64,000 bases of DNA from Podarcis vaucheri. Taxonomy: Eukaryota. Positions within the stretch are counted from its first letter, which is position 1; each line of letters starts with the position of its first letter. Shown here in pieces: positions 25,364 to 38,172 of the stretch. A program made the position numbers and the translations under genes. The notes under the pieces are model-generated. The model was given only the letters and a program-made list of their open reading frames with translations, was not told where the DNA came from and made no database searches. Location: the NCBI GenBank assembly GCA_965113315.1, contig OZ220365.1. One strand, 5' to 3'.

Positions 25364-26829
25364 TATTTTGTTCCATCCAGTAACACAAAATACATGTCCT
25401 GGTGGAATGATCAGAAGATCATGATGCTGAATTCATCCTATTAAAAACAAGTTACGTGGATAAAATCACGATACAGAATTATGAAAACATTGATGACAAG
25501 ATGACAAGGACTATGATGTTGAAAACGCTTTGGAAGTCAGACTGTGGGAAGTCAAAAAATTATGATTACAATTTGGAAGACAATTGGACTTTTTTATTTT
25601 AGTTTTTTATTTTTATTGGATTTGATTTGATATGTTAATTAGATGTTCTTATTGGAAAATTAATAAAGGCTTAAAGAAACAACAAGAAGTTACATGTTTT
25701 GTTTTGTTTTAAAGCAGAAACTAAAATCAGCATTTTTAATACTCACTAAGATCACACGCTAAAATCCCATGCCCAGGTAGGCTTGCTGGAACAAAAAGGG
25801 TTTTAGCAGGCGGCAAATACAGTCCGGTGAAGTTACCTGCCTAATATCAATGGCAAAGGAGGCTCCAAAGTGTAAGGGCTGCCACAAAAAATGTCTGGTT
25901 TCTTGCAAGTGCAGAATGAACATTATATGACAGTTGCAAAATAACTACGGGACAGATTTTAATAGCTAGATGGAACATCAAATAATGGGCTGGGGTGGGT
26001 GGGTTAATGTTTCAAGACAACACCGTTCCTTTTGGCAACTCTTTTTGATCCTCTTTTTCTGATTGCAAGGAAGCCAGAATGAGAAGTTTCTTCCCTCTCC
26101 TGTTTCTTTCAATAATTCAAGAACCTTCACAGCCATTTTAAAGAGCATTTATGATATTACTTTTCCAGACCTCCGGCTTTGACCTTGTTTTCCGACAATT
26201 TGGAGGTTAAACCTGGCCTTCGCTGTGAGTAACAGATGGACTGTCCAACTCTAATGAAGTCTGAAAGACTCTGCTAAGCTCACTAGAACACAGCAATTGT
26301 CCACACAATTTAGGATGCTATGGCAGCAGAAAATCCATGCTTTGAAGCAGCAAGGGACTCTTGTATAGCCAACCATTTGAAAAGCTGAAGCTTCTACCTA
26401 AAACATGTCCAACAATGAACTGCTTCCCAAGAGTGCAAGATCGAGGAAATGGCTGTTCAAATCCCTGCCCCAGAGTCACCTTTTCCATTAAGCCCTTAGC
26501 TTAATCCCTATCTCTCCTCATCCTCAACCACCACAAAGCCTAAGAACTGGTACTGTTACCTCTTTCTCTCCTATTTCCCCCCACTTACTCTTAGATCTCT
26601 CTTCACTTTGTTGTCACACCATTCCCAAAATTTAGCTTGTTCATTCATCAGGACAGGGCCTTAAACTATTTTATGTTAAAGATATGTTCAATATGCATAA
26701 AATGTAATGCTGGCATGCATTATGTTTGAAAACATTTTGCGAAGAGAATTTGCATTAGGCACAGGAGGTTTTACTCTGTTAAATGCGGCAGAAAAGATTG
26801 GGTGTTTCCATTTCAGTGTATGGAGTGTT

Positions 26830-27525
26830 AGGGGAGGGGTACTACCTCCGGTGCGGAACATGTCATGCTCCTTCCGGGGTAGTTTGTCCACCTTTTGTCC
26901 CCTGCACTCAGCTCTCACCTGTGGTTCCTAGCAGCTTTCAGCATGTGAAAACAGCTTTGGCTGGCAAGCTAAACCAGGTGAGGGTAGCCAATGGGTCTCA
27001 AACAAGTGAGTGAGGGACTTCCCCTGTATGCAAAGGCAGGCTCTGGCATATTGAGCAGAAAAGATCAATGGTGGGTTCAACAGTCAAGATGACACTTCTG
27101 CACGTACTGTAGAGGGAAGTGAGGGCCTTCCCATCAACCTGGGAAGGTAGACCATCTATGAGAAGGAAAACTGATCCTAAACCTCCACTGCCTTGTTGGA
27201 TATCTTTGGGAGAGGAAAGAGCTAAGGAGTGAACCCTGTACAAATCTTTAGTGGAGACCCTAAGACAATTGGATGGCACCTTGTACACTTCTTCCTGCCT
27301 GCAGCCAAGCTGATGTCAAATGTATTGCTCTGCTTTTCTTTGGACTGCATCAGGGAGGCCAAGAGGGGGATCTTGTTGTCTGGGCAGCCCAGGACCTCCA
27401 TACACCCTGCCCAGGCTTGCATCCCAGAGAGGTCACTTTGATGCTCCTAACACAGCAGTTTGACTTTACCCCCCCCTCCAGGTACACTCCATTGTCTCTT
27501 GAGATAGATGGATGCCAACAACAAC
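26830..27525 (+). mobile_element. RTE-derived non-autonomous element (internally deleted or bipartite)
   Basis: 3' end TTTGACTTTACCCC...CTCCATTGTCTCTTGAGATAGATGGATGCCAACAACAAC matches the 3' end of the RTE at 57979 with no RT sequence upstream; 5' boundary uncertain. Confidence 0.55.
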
Positions 27526-27859
27526 TTTAGGCTAAATGATGATACATCCTGAAGCCTGAGCTGCAGATCTCTCACAACAGGACATGAAACCTGGAAACCT
27601 TTGTTAGTCTTTGGAGCTAGTAGCAGCTGTAGGGGCTAAGCTCTGAGATGATGAACAAGCAAGATGCTTAGGATGTATTTCTGGGAGCAGAGAGAGGCAT
27701 GTTTTTGGTCTGAATTAAGGACTAAAAAGGAACCACATTGTTAAAGAGCAATGTGTTATTTTGTATTTTTGTAATCTTTATTTACAATTATTAAATTCAT
27801 TTCTAGTCTGCACAAGGTCTGGATCAGGGAGTCCACTTGCAGCAATGCTAACATTTATT

Positions 27860-28084
27860 ACTACATTTATATCCTGACTTTTCTTTAAGGAGTTCAAGAT
27901 GGCTCCCTTTTTGGCTCCCTTTTGCTCGCCATTTTATACTTGCGCAACAACCCAGAGAGATATTGTAGGCTGAGAGAAAGTGATTGGCTCAAGGTCACCC
28001 CAGTGAGCCTTGTAGCAGGCTGGACATTGGAACTGTAGGTTCTCAGGTCCTAGTCTGGCACTCTAACCACTACACCACACTGCC
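27860..28084 (-). mobile_element. Old Squam3/MIR-like SINE
   Basis: GGCTGAGAG..CAAGGTCACCC..CTCTAACCACTACACCACACTG; a second degraded copy at about 28260-28430. Confidence 0.65.
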
Positions 28085-29255
28085 TCACAATTATTGTCTT
28101 TATAGTTATAAAAAATTATATATATATAAAAAATTATTCTCTAAGATGTCATGTAGTATTAACAACCAGACAGACCCAACATGACTCAGATTGTGGCACT
28201 GGTAGAGGAGGCTTAACACATCCATCCATCCATCTATGTAGCTATCTGGCTATCATCTTATGCATGGTTCTCCTCATCTCCGTTTTATCCTCACAACATC
28301 CCTGCAAAGTAGGGAGATGGTGAGAGATGGTGACTGGCCCAAGGTCACCTAGGGAACATCATTGCTGAGAGGGCATGTGAACCCTGCCTGCCTCTCGGTC
28401 CTGGTCCAAAACTTTAAACACGACCATTGGCTTTCCCCAGTGCTGAGTTTCTCAACCTCTTCTTCCAGCTGCTATTTAGACTAGGAGGAAAGCTCCTAGA
28501 TGTTAAAAGGAGCTGCTTACTTCCAGGGGCAAACAGCTGCTTTTGGGGGGTGGGGTGATTTCCATTAGGTGTATAATGTATAGTTCAACACTGAGTAGCT
28601 TTACCCAGCTCTCACACATCTGGGACCGTGACTAGACAACACTATTATCACTATTCTGTTCTTCCCAATATTGCTACTCTTTCTGTGTTTGATTATGCTT
28701 AGAACGTTACAACAATGAATTGACCTATATTCCTTATGACTATTATTTCTAGTACATATAATGCCTAATTGCACATACAATGCTTTAATGTACTGTAATG
28801 CATATATCTATTCCATGGGTAGTTATAATAATACTTAGAGTATCTATCCTATGGATATTATTTCTAGCACATTAGCATTTTAATCAGCCAAATACATTTT
28901 TGACTAAGAGGTACATCATTTCCTTAACAACATGGATATCAATCTAATAATATAAATCTATCTGTTGTACTAGGCAATGTATATTATTGATCGTACATTG
29001 CTCGTTGATTGTACATTACCACGTGACTATTAATCTAGATTCTAGATTCTATCTAGATTCTAATTTAAAATATGAAGACTATACTTGACAGACATGACTG
29101 GAACATTTCTTAGAGCTAGAGTGAAAGTTTTGCATGCCAAATCCAGTCCCCTGGCATCTCCAGGCAGGGATGGGGAAAACCCCCATGTGAAATATCTGCA
29201 TGGCTGCCTGTTGGTTTGGACACTGTTGAGCTGATTTTGTATAAGAGAGCTTCCT

Positions 29256-29937
29256 AAAAAAGCCAATGCAATTCTGGGCTGCATCAATAGGAGTATAACA
29301 TCTAGATCAAGGGAAGTAATAGTGCCACTGTATTCTGCTCTGGTCAGACCTCACCTGGAGTACTGTGTCCAGTTCTGGGCACCACAGTTCAAGAAGGACA
29401 CTGACAAACTGGAACGTGTCCAGAGGAGGGCAACCAAAATGGTCAAAGGCCTGGAAACGATGCCTTATGAGGAACGGCTAAGGGAACTGGGCATGTTTAG
29501 CCTGGAGAAGAGGAGGTTAAGGGGTGATATGATAGCCATGTTCAAAAATATAAAATGATGTCATATAGAGGAGGGAGAAAGGTTGTTTTCTGCTGCTCCA
29601 GAGAAGCGGACACGGAGCAATGGATCCAAACTACAAGAAAGAAGATTCCACCTAAACATTAGGAAGAACTTCCTGACAGTAAGAGCTGTTTGACAGTGGA
29701 ATTTGCTGCCAAGGAGTGTGGTGGAGTCTCCTACTTTGGAGGTCTTTAAGCAGAGGCTTGACAACCATATGTCAGGAGTGCTCTGATGGTGTTTCCTGCT
29801 TGGCAGGGGGTTGGACTCGATGGCCCTTGTGGTCTATTCCAATTCTATGATTCTATGATTCTATGATTCTATGATTCTATGATTCTATGATTCTATGATT
29901 CTATGATTCTATGATTCTATGATTCTATGATTCTATG
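29256..29937 (+). mobile_element. CR1 LINE, 5'-truncated, ORF2 C-terminus plus (ATTCTATG)n tail
   Basis: [21 protein letters not shown]...LEKRRLRGD motif, two in-frame stops downstream, canonical CR1 octamer tail. Confidence 0.98.
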
Positions 29938-31719
29938 TTCCTGACATGGCCAGCCGCCCCCTCAAGTATTTTTATTTCTATTTTCTGGAGCTGATCTTAC
30001 AAATGTCATTGCATATCTCCAGAACATATTGAGACTGAAACATACCATGATCTCGGAACCTTGAAAAATATGGCTTGACCAAGGACATGATGACCTTAAC
30101 ACATCACCACGCTCAAAGTCACTCTGAAAGACAATATTGGAGCACCCCAAATCATTTGCCCGGGTCCATGCACAGAAAATAGTAGACCTAGCTAAAAGGC
30201 AATATGCAGAGATCTGCATTGATTGTTGCTATTTTTGCAGAATTATAGGATTATTGCATAATCTTAGAGGGTTGTATCATCTTAGAAGGGGGTGTGACTA
30301 TCATGGACTATGCCATTCTTAATTCACCACTACACCGTGCTTATCATTGCAGCCCTCTGGGAGTTGGAGGGCAGATTTCTGCCCTACATGGATATGGCAG
30401 ATTCTCTGTGGCAGATGGCTGCCCCCCAACTCACAGGGAGCTGATGGTAGCTGGGAGTGGGGGCTGAGCTGCACAGCTCTTATTGACACATATTTTGAGA
30501 GAGTTTCTGCCTTCATAAAAAGATAGATTTGAGATCTACTCCCATCAAAGCCTACTGTTTTTGCTACATGGATCACATGGCTTCATGCTTTAAGCTTCCT
30601 TGGATATCTTCATAAATTCTGAAGCTTCTTTGAGCCCTCACCAGGTGGTAATCCACTCCATCTGGTAGCAGACATAAAGCTGCTCAGGAACTCCTACTCT
30701 GAAATTTGTATGTACAACTAACAAGATGATCCAAATACAAGTGGGGATTTTCTGACAGTAAATAATAATAGCCAGTCTTCTCCATCAGACAGGCAGTATC
30801 AGCCCAAGGTCACAAGGGCTACTCTCGCCTTCAAGCAGACAGAATTACCATAAGTGGAGAAGTCTCTTTTTCTGTAGGCAGACATCATCAGCATGAGGAC
30901 ACAATGGGATGTCTCTCTCCTTCAGCATCAGCATGAAGACACAATAGCCAGCCTGACTCTTCTTCCGGGAAGCATCATCAGCATGAGGTCACAATGGCCA
31001 GTCTCTCTCCTTGAAGCAGACAACCAGGGCTACTACACGTGAGCTACCATCTTTCTCTCTCTCTCTTTCTCATGGAGGCAGACAGAGAAACAGAAGTGTG
31101 AGGACACCGTCTCTCCTATTCAGGTGGGCAGTAGCAGGATGTGAGCAAAGTGGCTTCTGTCGTCTCTCTCTCCTTGAAATGATCAGCAGAGTGTAGGCAG
31201 AGAACCAGCAGGCAAGGAGAGGAAAAGAACGGGCAGTTTGGCACTCTAGCTATTAGTACTCCCCCCCCCCTTATTTTGAGCATTCATGGGGTATTGCCAA
31301 GCTGTTGAAGTATTACCATCACAGTACTCCATACACATTACAGGGCTGTCCAATGCATTTGCCAATTCCTGCCACAATTCTTGCTCTTCCCAGAGACTAG
31401 GGGTTGCTGTCCCTGCTTGCTTCGGCCACCAACCTCATTGACCCATAGGCCAACTGCCCTTCCTCTACACCTGAACAACCCCCTCTCTTTACACCTCATC
31501 TACTCTGGCTATCCCTCGCTTCTTGCCCCAAACCCTTCACTTCCCAAGCCCCACCCCATTTTAAAGGAGGCAGGAGGAGCTTCACAGAGTGGCTTGTTAC
31601 ACCACTGTGTGAAGCACCTCCTCTTTCGTTAAACCTCACTGCAGGTGTGTTCAGTGCACCTTCTCCCTTCCATTAAACAACTCATGTGGGCCAGCTTGCC
31701 ATTCCTTATGCCACAGTAG

Positions 31720-32148
31720 ATAATAATAATAAATAATAATAAATTTTTATTTATACCCTGCCCTCCCCAGCCAAGACCGGGCTCAGGGTAGCTAACAACC
31801 AATAATAATAACAAGTTGATTAAAATACAATTTAAAAGATTAAGATACAACATTAAAACATTAGGGTGCAATCTCTTCATAGTAGGAGAAAGGAAAAAGA
31901 AAGAGGGGGAGGGAATCAAACTGATTCCAAGCCAAAGGCCAGGTGGAACAACTCTGTCTTACAGGCCCTGCAGAAAGAAATCAGATCCCGCAGGGCCCTG
32001 GTCTCATGAGAAAGACCGTTCCACCAGACCGGAGCCAATGTTGAGAAGGCCCTGGCTCTGGTTGAGGCTAATCTAACTTCCTTAGGGCCCAGGACCTCTA
32101 GGGTGTTGCTATACCTTAAGGTCCTTCGTGGGGCATACCAGGAGAGGC
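31720..32148 (-). mobile_element. L2 LINE 3' end
   Basis: Minus-strand peptide TRARAFSTLAPVWWNGL...CKTELFHLAF; TTA-rich tail; same subfamily as 50873-51757. Confidence 0.88.
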
Positions 32149-33114
32149 TTGATGAACTGCAGAGCTTGACCACACCTTACATTTTTTATTATATAGGAAG
32201 AAATAATTCACCATAATTTATTCTCTTAAAAAAAAATTCAGCATGCTAAATGTCTAGCTGCTTCACTTTTCTACAAAGATACAATCATACATTCTATACA
32301 CACAGCCATACAGGAGAAAATGTCCTGTCCCCTGCCCTACCTTATCTCTTTTTACCTCGGGGATGCCTCATTTACTCGATCTCACTCTTGGTTGCTCCTT
32401 TAAGGCTTGCAGAAACCCCCAATGATATCCAGGCAGCCTTCCAGGTTAACTGGGAGTGCTTTGGAAGGTGTGATGAAGAAATATTTTTAAAAGCTTGTTT
32501 CAATAAATGACAGTTTACAGCTGTCAGCCTGCACATCAGGCTTTGGATGGTGATATAGCTACATGATCTGGAAGAAGTGGGGGGGGTAAAGGGGGTGGTG
32601 GTGGAATAAAATAAAAGGATGCTTTACTATTCATATGTTAGCAGCAGAGGATGCCTTGTTGCTGTTGTTTTTAATAAGAGAGGACCGCACACTGATATAT
32701 GCTCCTTTTTATTGTTCCGTATCCCAGCTTAGCTTGGCTTGCTTATTACAGAGTTGTGATAGGAAATCCTTCCTTCCTGGCAAAGTCCTAACAATGAGTT
32801 ACTGCCAGACAACAGCCTTTCATCAGTTCTTGGAGGGATAGACAACAGCTCACCTCCATCTGACTGCTCTGTTTTCCGGCACGGGGAGACAATTTATGGA
32901 GGCTGCGGACAAAGTAAAAGTTCAGAGAGCACTTTCTCCTATGCTGAGAAAGAATGTCTGATTCATAATATGGGAGTCTTTACATCGATTAAATGGCTCT
33001 GAGGGGACTAAGCACTAAGAAACTGGCTTTCTGTTTTAAGGATAGATCATCTAGGAGAGAAATGAGGGTTTTCTGTTCCTGTATTCTCAGCATATAAATA
33101 CTGGGTTATGGTTA

Positions 33115-33253
33115 NNNNNNNNNNNNNNNNNNNNNNNNNNNNNNNNNNNNNNNNNNNNNNNNNNNNNNNNNNNNNNNNNNNNNNNNNNNNNNNNNNNNNN
33201 NNNNNNNNNNNNNNNNNNNNNNNNNNNNNNNNNNNNNNNNNNNNNNNNNNNNN
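33115..33253. other. Assembly gap (139 N)
   Basis: Run of N. Confidence 1.
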
Positions 33254-34500
33254 AATGTGCACATCTCAAGCATGTAGGCACTGTTCATACACAGAACTTC
33301 TGCCAGAATGGGGCGTGTGAGGAAGCCAAGCTGTTAATTCTCAGGCTTATGGTTTTTGGATGTCCTCCTTAGTCTGGATGCCCACTGTCTTCTGTCACTA
33401 TAACAAATCACAGGTTTGGACTGTTCCTTCTTCCAACCTGTTGTTAGTGTTGTACATGCTTGCCTTCTATATATTACCCCTTCCAATTTCACACTCGTAT
33501 CAACATTTCTGCTCTCTATGCCATTCTTTGCCACTCTGACCAAATCTTTCTTAGCTGGTAACCTCTTGTTGCTTCCAGTTCTGTGCGTGTTTACTCATTC
33601 ATTTCTGCTTCACCAGTTTGTCATTGTCACTCACCATGTGAGCAACGTAAGATTCCCATTCACTGTTCTTCTGTTGCTAATGTCAGGCTACTCTTAATTA
33701 GGGATGGGCAAAGTTGACCATTTAAATTCTTTAGTTCCTCATTTTTCTAATCTTAAATTTACTTCTGTTCTCCACACTTCCAAATCAGCTTGGGATTTTA
33801 ATTTTTTTAAAGGTCCTCCTGAAAATTCATTAGCACTTTAGTGAACATTTCTCCTAATACATTTGTTGTTAATTTATTTAATCATTTAATTATCTTGCCC
33901 AAGTCAACCCAAAGTGAATTACACCAACCAAATAAACAAACAACCCCCCCCACATATAAACATACCTTGAAAAGGCCACATATACACATATGTACAATTT
34001 CCCCCAATATGCACATTTTTTTGCAAAGTGATTTCCCCTAATATAATGTGTTTCTGCATGTTGTTTTCACTAATATATGCAGTTCTCTGCATACTTTACC
34101 CTAGCATATGCTTGATACCTGGAGAACTGCACTGCAAAATTTGGAGAATTGCAGATTTTGAAGGTTGGCTCCAAGATCGTCTTTCGATTCATATATTGTT
34201 TCAGAAGATGTGAATTATGTAAGTTTGCCTGAATCAAATTTCTCCCCATCCTTCCACCCTTTCTCTTGTATGATTGGATCATAAAAAGCATCAAACATCC
34301 TTCTGTGGTGTGTCATTTGCGATTTTATCTTGCCAATGAAAACTGAATGTTTCACATAAATACTTCATTTCATCCAGATTTAAACTTCATTGATGCCTTT
34401 ATTCAGGCTCCCACTCAACACATACAGCAATATGGGATTAATTGCAGGCATATGTACTCACAGTCTTACTTTATCTTTGCATATGCTGGTAAGAAGAAAA

Positions 34501-35037
34501 AGTAAAGGTAAAGGACCCCTAAACAGTTAAGTCCAGTCAAAGACAACTATGGGTTTGCGGTGCTCATTTTGCTTTCAGGCTGAGAGAGTCAGCGTTTGTC
34601 CACAGACAGTGTTATGTACTGAGCTGAATCCTAGAATAACAGGATCCAGAATGCAGCAGTCTGATTGGTCCGTAGGAGCCACCCAATCCAGCTCCAGGTG
34701 GAAGTGAATCAGCAATCTGATTGGCCTGCAGGAGCAGCCAATAAAGCTTCTGGAGGAGGTGAATCCGCAACCTGATTGGCCAACAGGAGCAGCCCAGAAT
34801 TAGCCAATCACGCGGGGCCCATTGTGTAAATAATGTATATACAGAGAGACGTTTTGGGGAAAGTTTCATTCATTGCTACTATGAGCTGAATAAAGAGCAT
34901 GAAATTCACACTCGACTCCGAGTATATTTCAGACAGCTTTCCGGGTCATGCAGCCAACATGGCTAAACTGCTTCTGGTGTAACGGGACACCATGACAAGT
35001 GCCAGAGCACATGGAAATGCCATTTACCTTCCCGCCA
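34501..35037 (-). mobile_element. Sauria SINE fragment split by a solo LTR
   Basis: SINE sequence continues seamlessly across 34610-34931. Confidence 0.9.
34610..34931 (+). mobile_element. Solo LTR (322 bp, Gypsy-like)
   Basis: TG...CA termini, perfect TSD GACAG, repeated CTGATTGG/CCAAT boxes, TATA-like GTATATAC, AATAAA. Confidence 0.92.
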
Positions 35038-35365
35038 ATGCTGATGTCCGTGCAAATAATACTAACTTCATGCAAAAAAAAAAAAAAGAGATTATTTTTA
35101 GCACTTTTGCTCATAATCATCATTTTTGGTGTAGCCTTTAGTGCTGAGTAAATGTTCCCCCACCAATGTAAGCTATAATTAACCTTTAAAAGATGAGCCA
35201 GAGTTATGAGGAAAAGGAAATGGTACAAATGTGCTTATTTAGTAACAAATACATATGTTCTCAGATCTTACCAGATTAATTCAGCTGCTAAGAAAATGGA
35301 AATCAGATACTTGAATACACAGAGAGATGCAGCGGAATCATTCTCAATACACAGGCAAGTATATA

Positions 35366-35607
35366 CAGTGGTACCTCGGGTTAAGTATTTAATTCGTTCC
35401 GGAGGTCCGTACTTAACCTGAAACTGTTCTTAACCTGATGCACTACTTTAGCCAATGGGGCCTCCTGCTGCTGCCGCTCCGCCGGAGCACGATTTCTGTT
35501 CTCATCCTGAAGCAAAGTTCTTAACCTGAAACACTATTTCTGGGTTAGTGGAGTCTGTAACCATAAGCGTCTGTAACCTGAAGCGTATGTAATCCGAGGT
35601 ACCACTT
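35366..35607 (+). mobile_element. Tc1/mariner (Tigger/pogo-like) MITE, CAGTGGTACCTCGG TIR family
   Basis: TA-CAGTGGTACCTCGGGTTA ... CCGAGGTACCACT(T)-TA. Confidence 0.92.
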
Positions 35608-36540
35608 TAATTGAGAAAGCAAAGACCATATTTTATGAAGGATATGACAAGGAAAATCTAAGCTGCTTCAGGATTCCTCCAAAAGGTCTGTGACAAAAAA
35701 TCAACAGCATCCTCAAAAGATAGTTTGCAGTGCAACCCTTTGCATGTCTACTTAGAAGTAAGACCCACTGAGTTCAATGGGCTGTACCCCCAGGAAAAGG
35801 TGCATATGATTGCAAATGCCACTCAGCATACAGATTGTGATTTTCGCCATGTTTGTAGTGTGATTGTTTATATTTAGATCTTTGGCTGTCCCCCACATCT
35901 CCACCTTGCCATAATTTGTAAATTATAACAATAAAGGATATGTGATATTGATTATAGCCAATTATTTTCCATAGTTTAAATCAGCAAGCACCAGTAGAAT
36001 TTCTGGGTGAGAAATCCACTTGTTTCACTCTGTGATTTACCTTCTCCTTTTGTTCTCTTTGTTAAAAGCTGATGGAAAATTGCTATAAACAAGCATGTAT
36101 TAAGCTTATATTTAAATACCAACTTGCAGGGCTTTTTCCCATGGCTTTTCTATTCTCTGATTCTTAATTAAATGAAAAAAACAAAAACACCTATGCATTA
36201 AAATTCAAATTTACTTGAAGCATCACCCACAGTTTTAATTGGCAGGACAGGGGTGGATTTCATCAGTGAGGCAAAGATTTTAGTGGCTCCTGGATCTTCC
36301 ATGTCCTCTTGTAAGTGGAAGACACAATCATCATCACAAAAATAGCAGGATGTCAGACAGAGCTCAGTTAAGGGTTTTTGTTCCCTTTCAAGGGAATAAT
36401 TACAAGCCTCCTAACCCATCCACTGCCCCTTTCCAACATGGCAAAATGAACAAGGTTGCTTTAGGTGAGAGCAGCGTCTTTCAGATTAGAGAATGCACAA
36501 CAGGCAGACAATGTTTTTGCAAATATATAAATTAAAAAGT

Positions 36541-36783
36541 GAAAGAAGAAGAAGAGTTTGGATTTGATATTCTGCTTTATCATTACCCTAAGGAGTCTCA
36601 AAGTGGCTAACAATCTCCTTTCCCTTCCTCCCCCACAACAAATGCTCTGTGAGGTGAGTGAGAGAGACTTCAGAGAAGTGTGACTAGCCCAAGGTCACCC
36701 AGCAGCTGCATGTGGAGGAGTGGGGATGCGAACCCGGTTCACCAGATTACGAGTCTACCGCTCTTAACCACTACACCATACTG
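36541..36783 (-). mobile_element. Squam3-type SINE
   Basis: Near-identical to 13190-13458. Confidence 0.9.
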
Positions 36784-37494
36784 ACCAACCCAGGTTCTAA
36801 AAGTACCCAAAAGAGATTGAGGGCTATAGAGGCAACCCAGGTTTGCTACATACAAAACCTTGTGCCCTCCCCTCTCTCCGCCAAGCAGTGTGGCCAGAGT
36901 GCACGGGGCCACAGGCACACACAGGGTCTGTGTCCCTTTGGAGAATGGAAGACGTGGCAGAGACTGTTGTGCTTTAAGAAATAGGGTTTATTCTCCTTTT
37001 TACACCATCAGTCTGCATGGAGGGAGTCCAGATCTTACAACATGACCCAAAGCATTGCAGACAACCCTTCCGTCACCCCCGCCAAGATGGATCTCATCCT
37101 TCCCCCCCAAAAGCACCTTGCCCTCCCCCCAGAGCAGTTACCCTGGCAACCTTCCAAATCTCCAGTCTCTGGTCCCACATGGGGCAAGAAGTTCCCTTGT
37201 CTTGTTGACGACCCTATTGTAATGCTAACAGGTCTGCTCTTCCCCTCAGCCAGTCAGGCTGGTTTGCATAAGGCAGCCCAAGAACTCCTTGTCTGGCACA
37301 GCCCTGCAGCTTATGGTTTAATCCATTCCCCAATTAATCAAAACCCTGGCATCTATTAATTTCCAGGGTTTACTCCAAATCTATAGGACCACTAAGTATA
37401 CACTGAGTAGAAAGCTGCAACCCATTATGGCTCGTTAATCATAGTACCTGAATCATACAGCCTTGTAAACATGTTTGTTGCTGAACGTATATCT

Positions 37495-38172
37495 AGATCT
37501 ATTTCAATTGGGGTTTAGGTCCAGTTTGGCACAGAAACTGTTTTGTTCATCCTATGTAGGGAGACAGACAGGGGAAATGTGTGCCTCTTAATTCTCCTCG
37601 ATACCATTGACCATGGTATCTTTCTGGAGCAGCTGTTGGAGTTACGGGTGAGTGACACTGCTTTGTGGTGGCTGCAGTCCTACTTGGATGGTTATTCCCT
37701 CTGGGAATGCTGGGGAGTGCTATTCAGCCCCATGGAGCCTTCAATGCACGATTCCTCAGAGGCTGATTTTATCCCTCATGCAGTTTAGCATCCACATGAA
37801 ACCGCGGAATGGAATCATCCGGAGATTTGGAGTATGTTGTCAGCAATATGCTCTATGTGTTCTCCTTTACATCTGCAGGTGTAGGATTGGATGTGCTGGA
37901 CCGTTGTCTTGTCTCGGTAATGGACTGAATGAGAGACAATAAACCAAAGTTCATCCAGATAAGACTATGCCACTGTTAGTGGGTGATTCACTAGATCAGA
38001 TGGATGGGAGGTTGACTGCTCTTGATGGCGTTACGCTCCCTCTGAAGGAGTGGGTATGTAGCTTGGGGGTACTTCTGGATCCACTGTTGTTGCTTGAGGC
38101 TCTGGTGGCCTCAGTGGCACAGGGTGCCTTCTATCAGCTTCGGCTGGTAGCCCAGCTACGCCCTTATCTGGG
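37495..38172 (+). mobile_element. Degenerate L2 RT fragment
   Basis: LILLD..TIDHGI, LWWLQSYL and SLGVLLDP..L...VASVA..AFYQLRLVAQLRPYL motifs. Confidence 0.85.

Noticed and set aside
29322-29558. ORF with strong RT-family similarity
   Set aside because: Truncated CR1 ORF2 with stops, not a host gene.
29845-29937. Regular 8-bp repeat array
   Set aside because: Canonical CR1 (ATTCTATG)n tail; no spacers, not CRISPR.
36850-37490. Possible minus-strand LTR-like repeat sharing CAGGGTCTGTGT and GGTTT(T)ATT motifs with about 41330-41900
   Set aside because: Could not define termini or TSDs.
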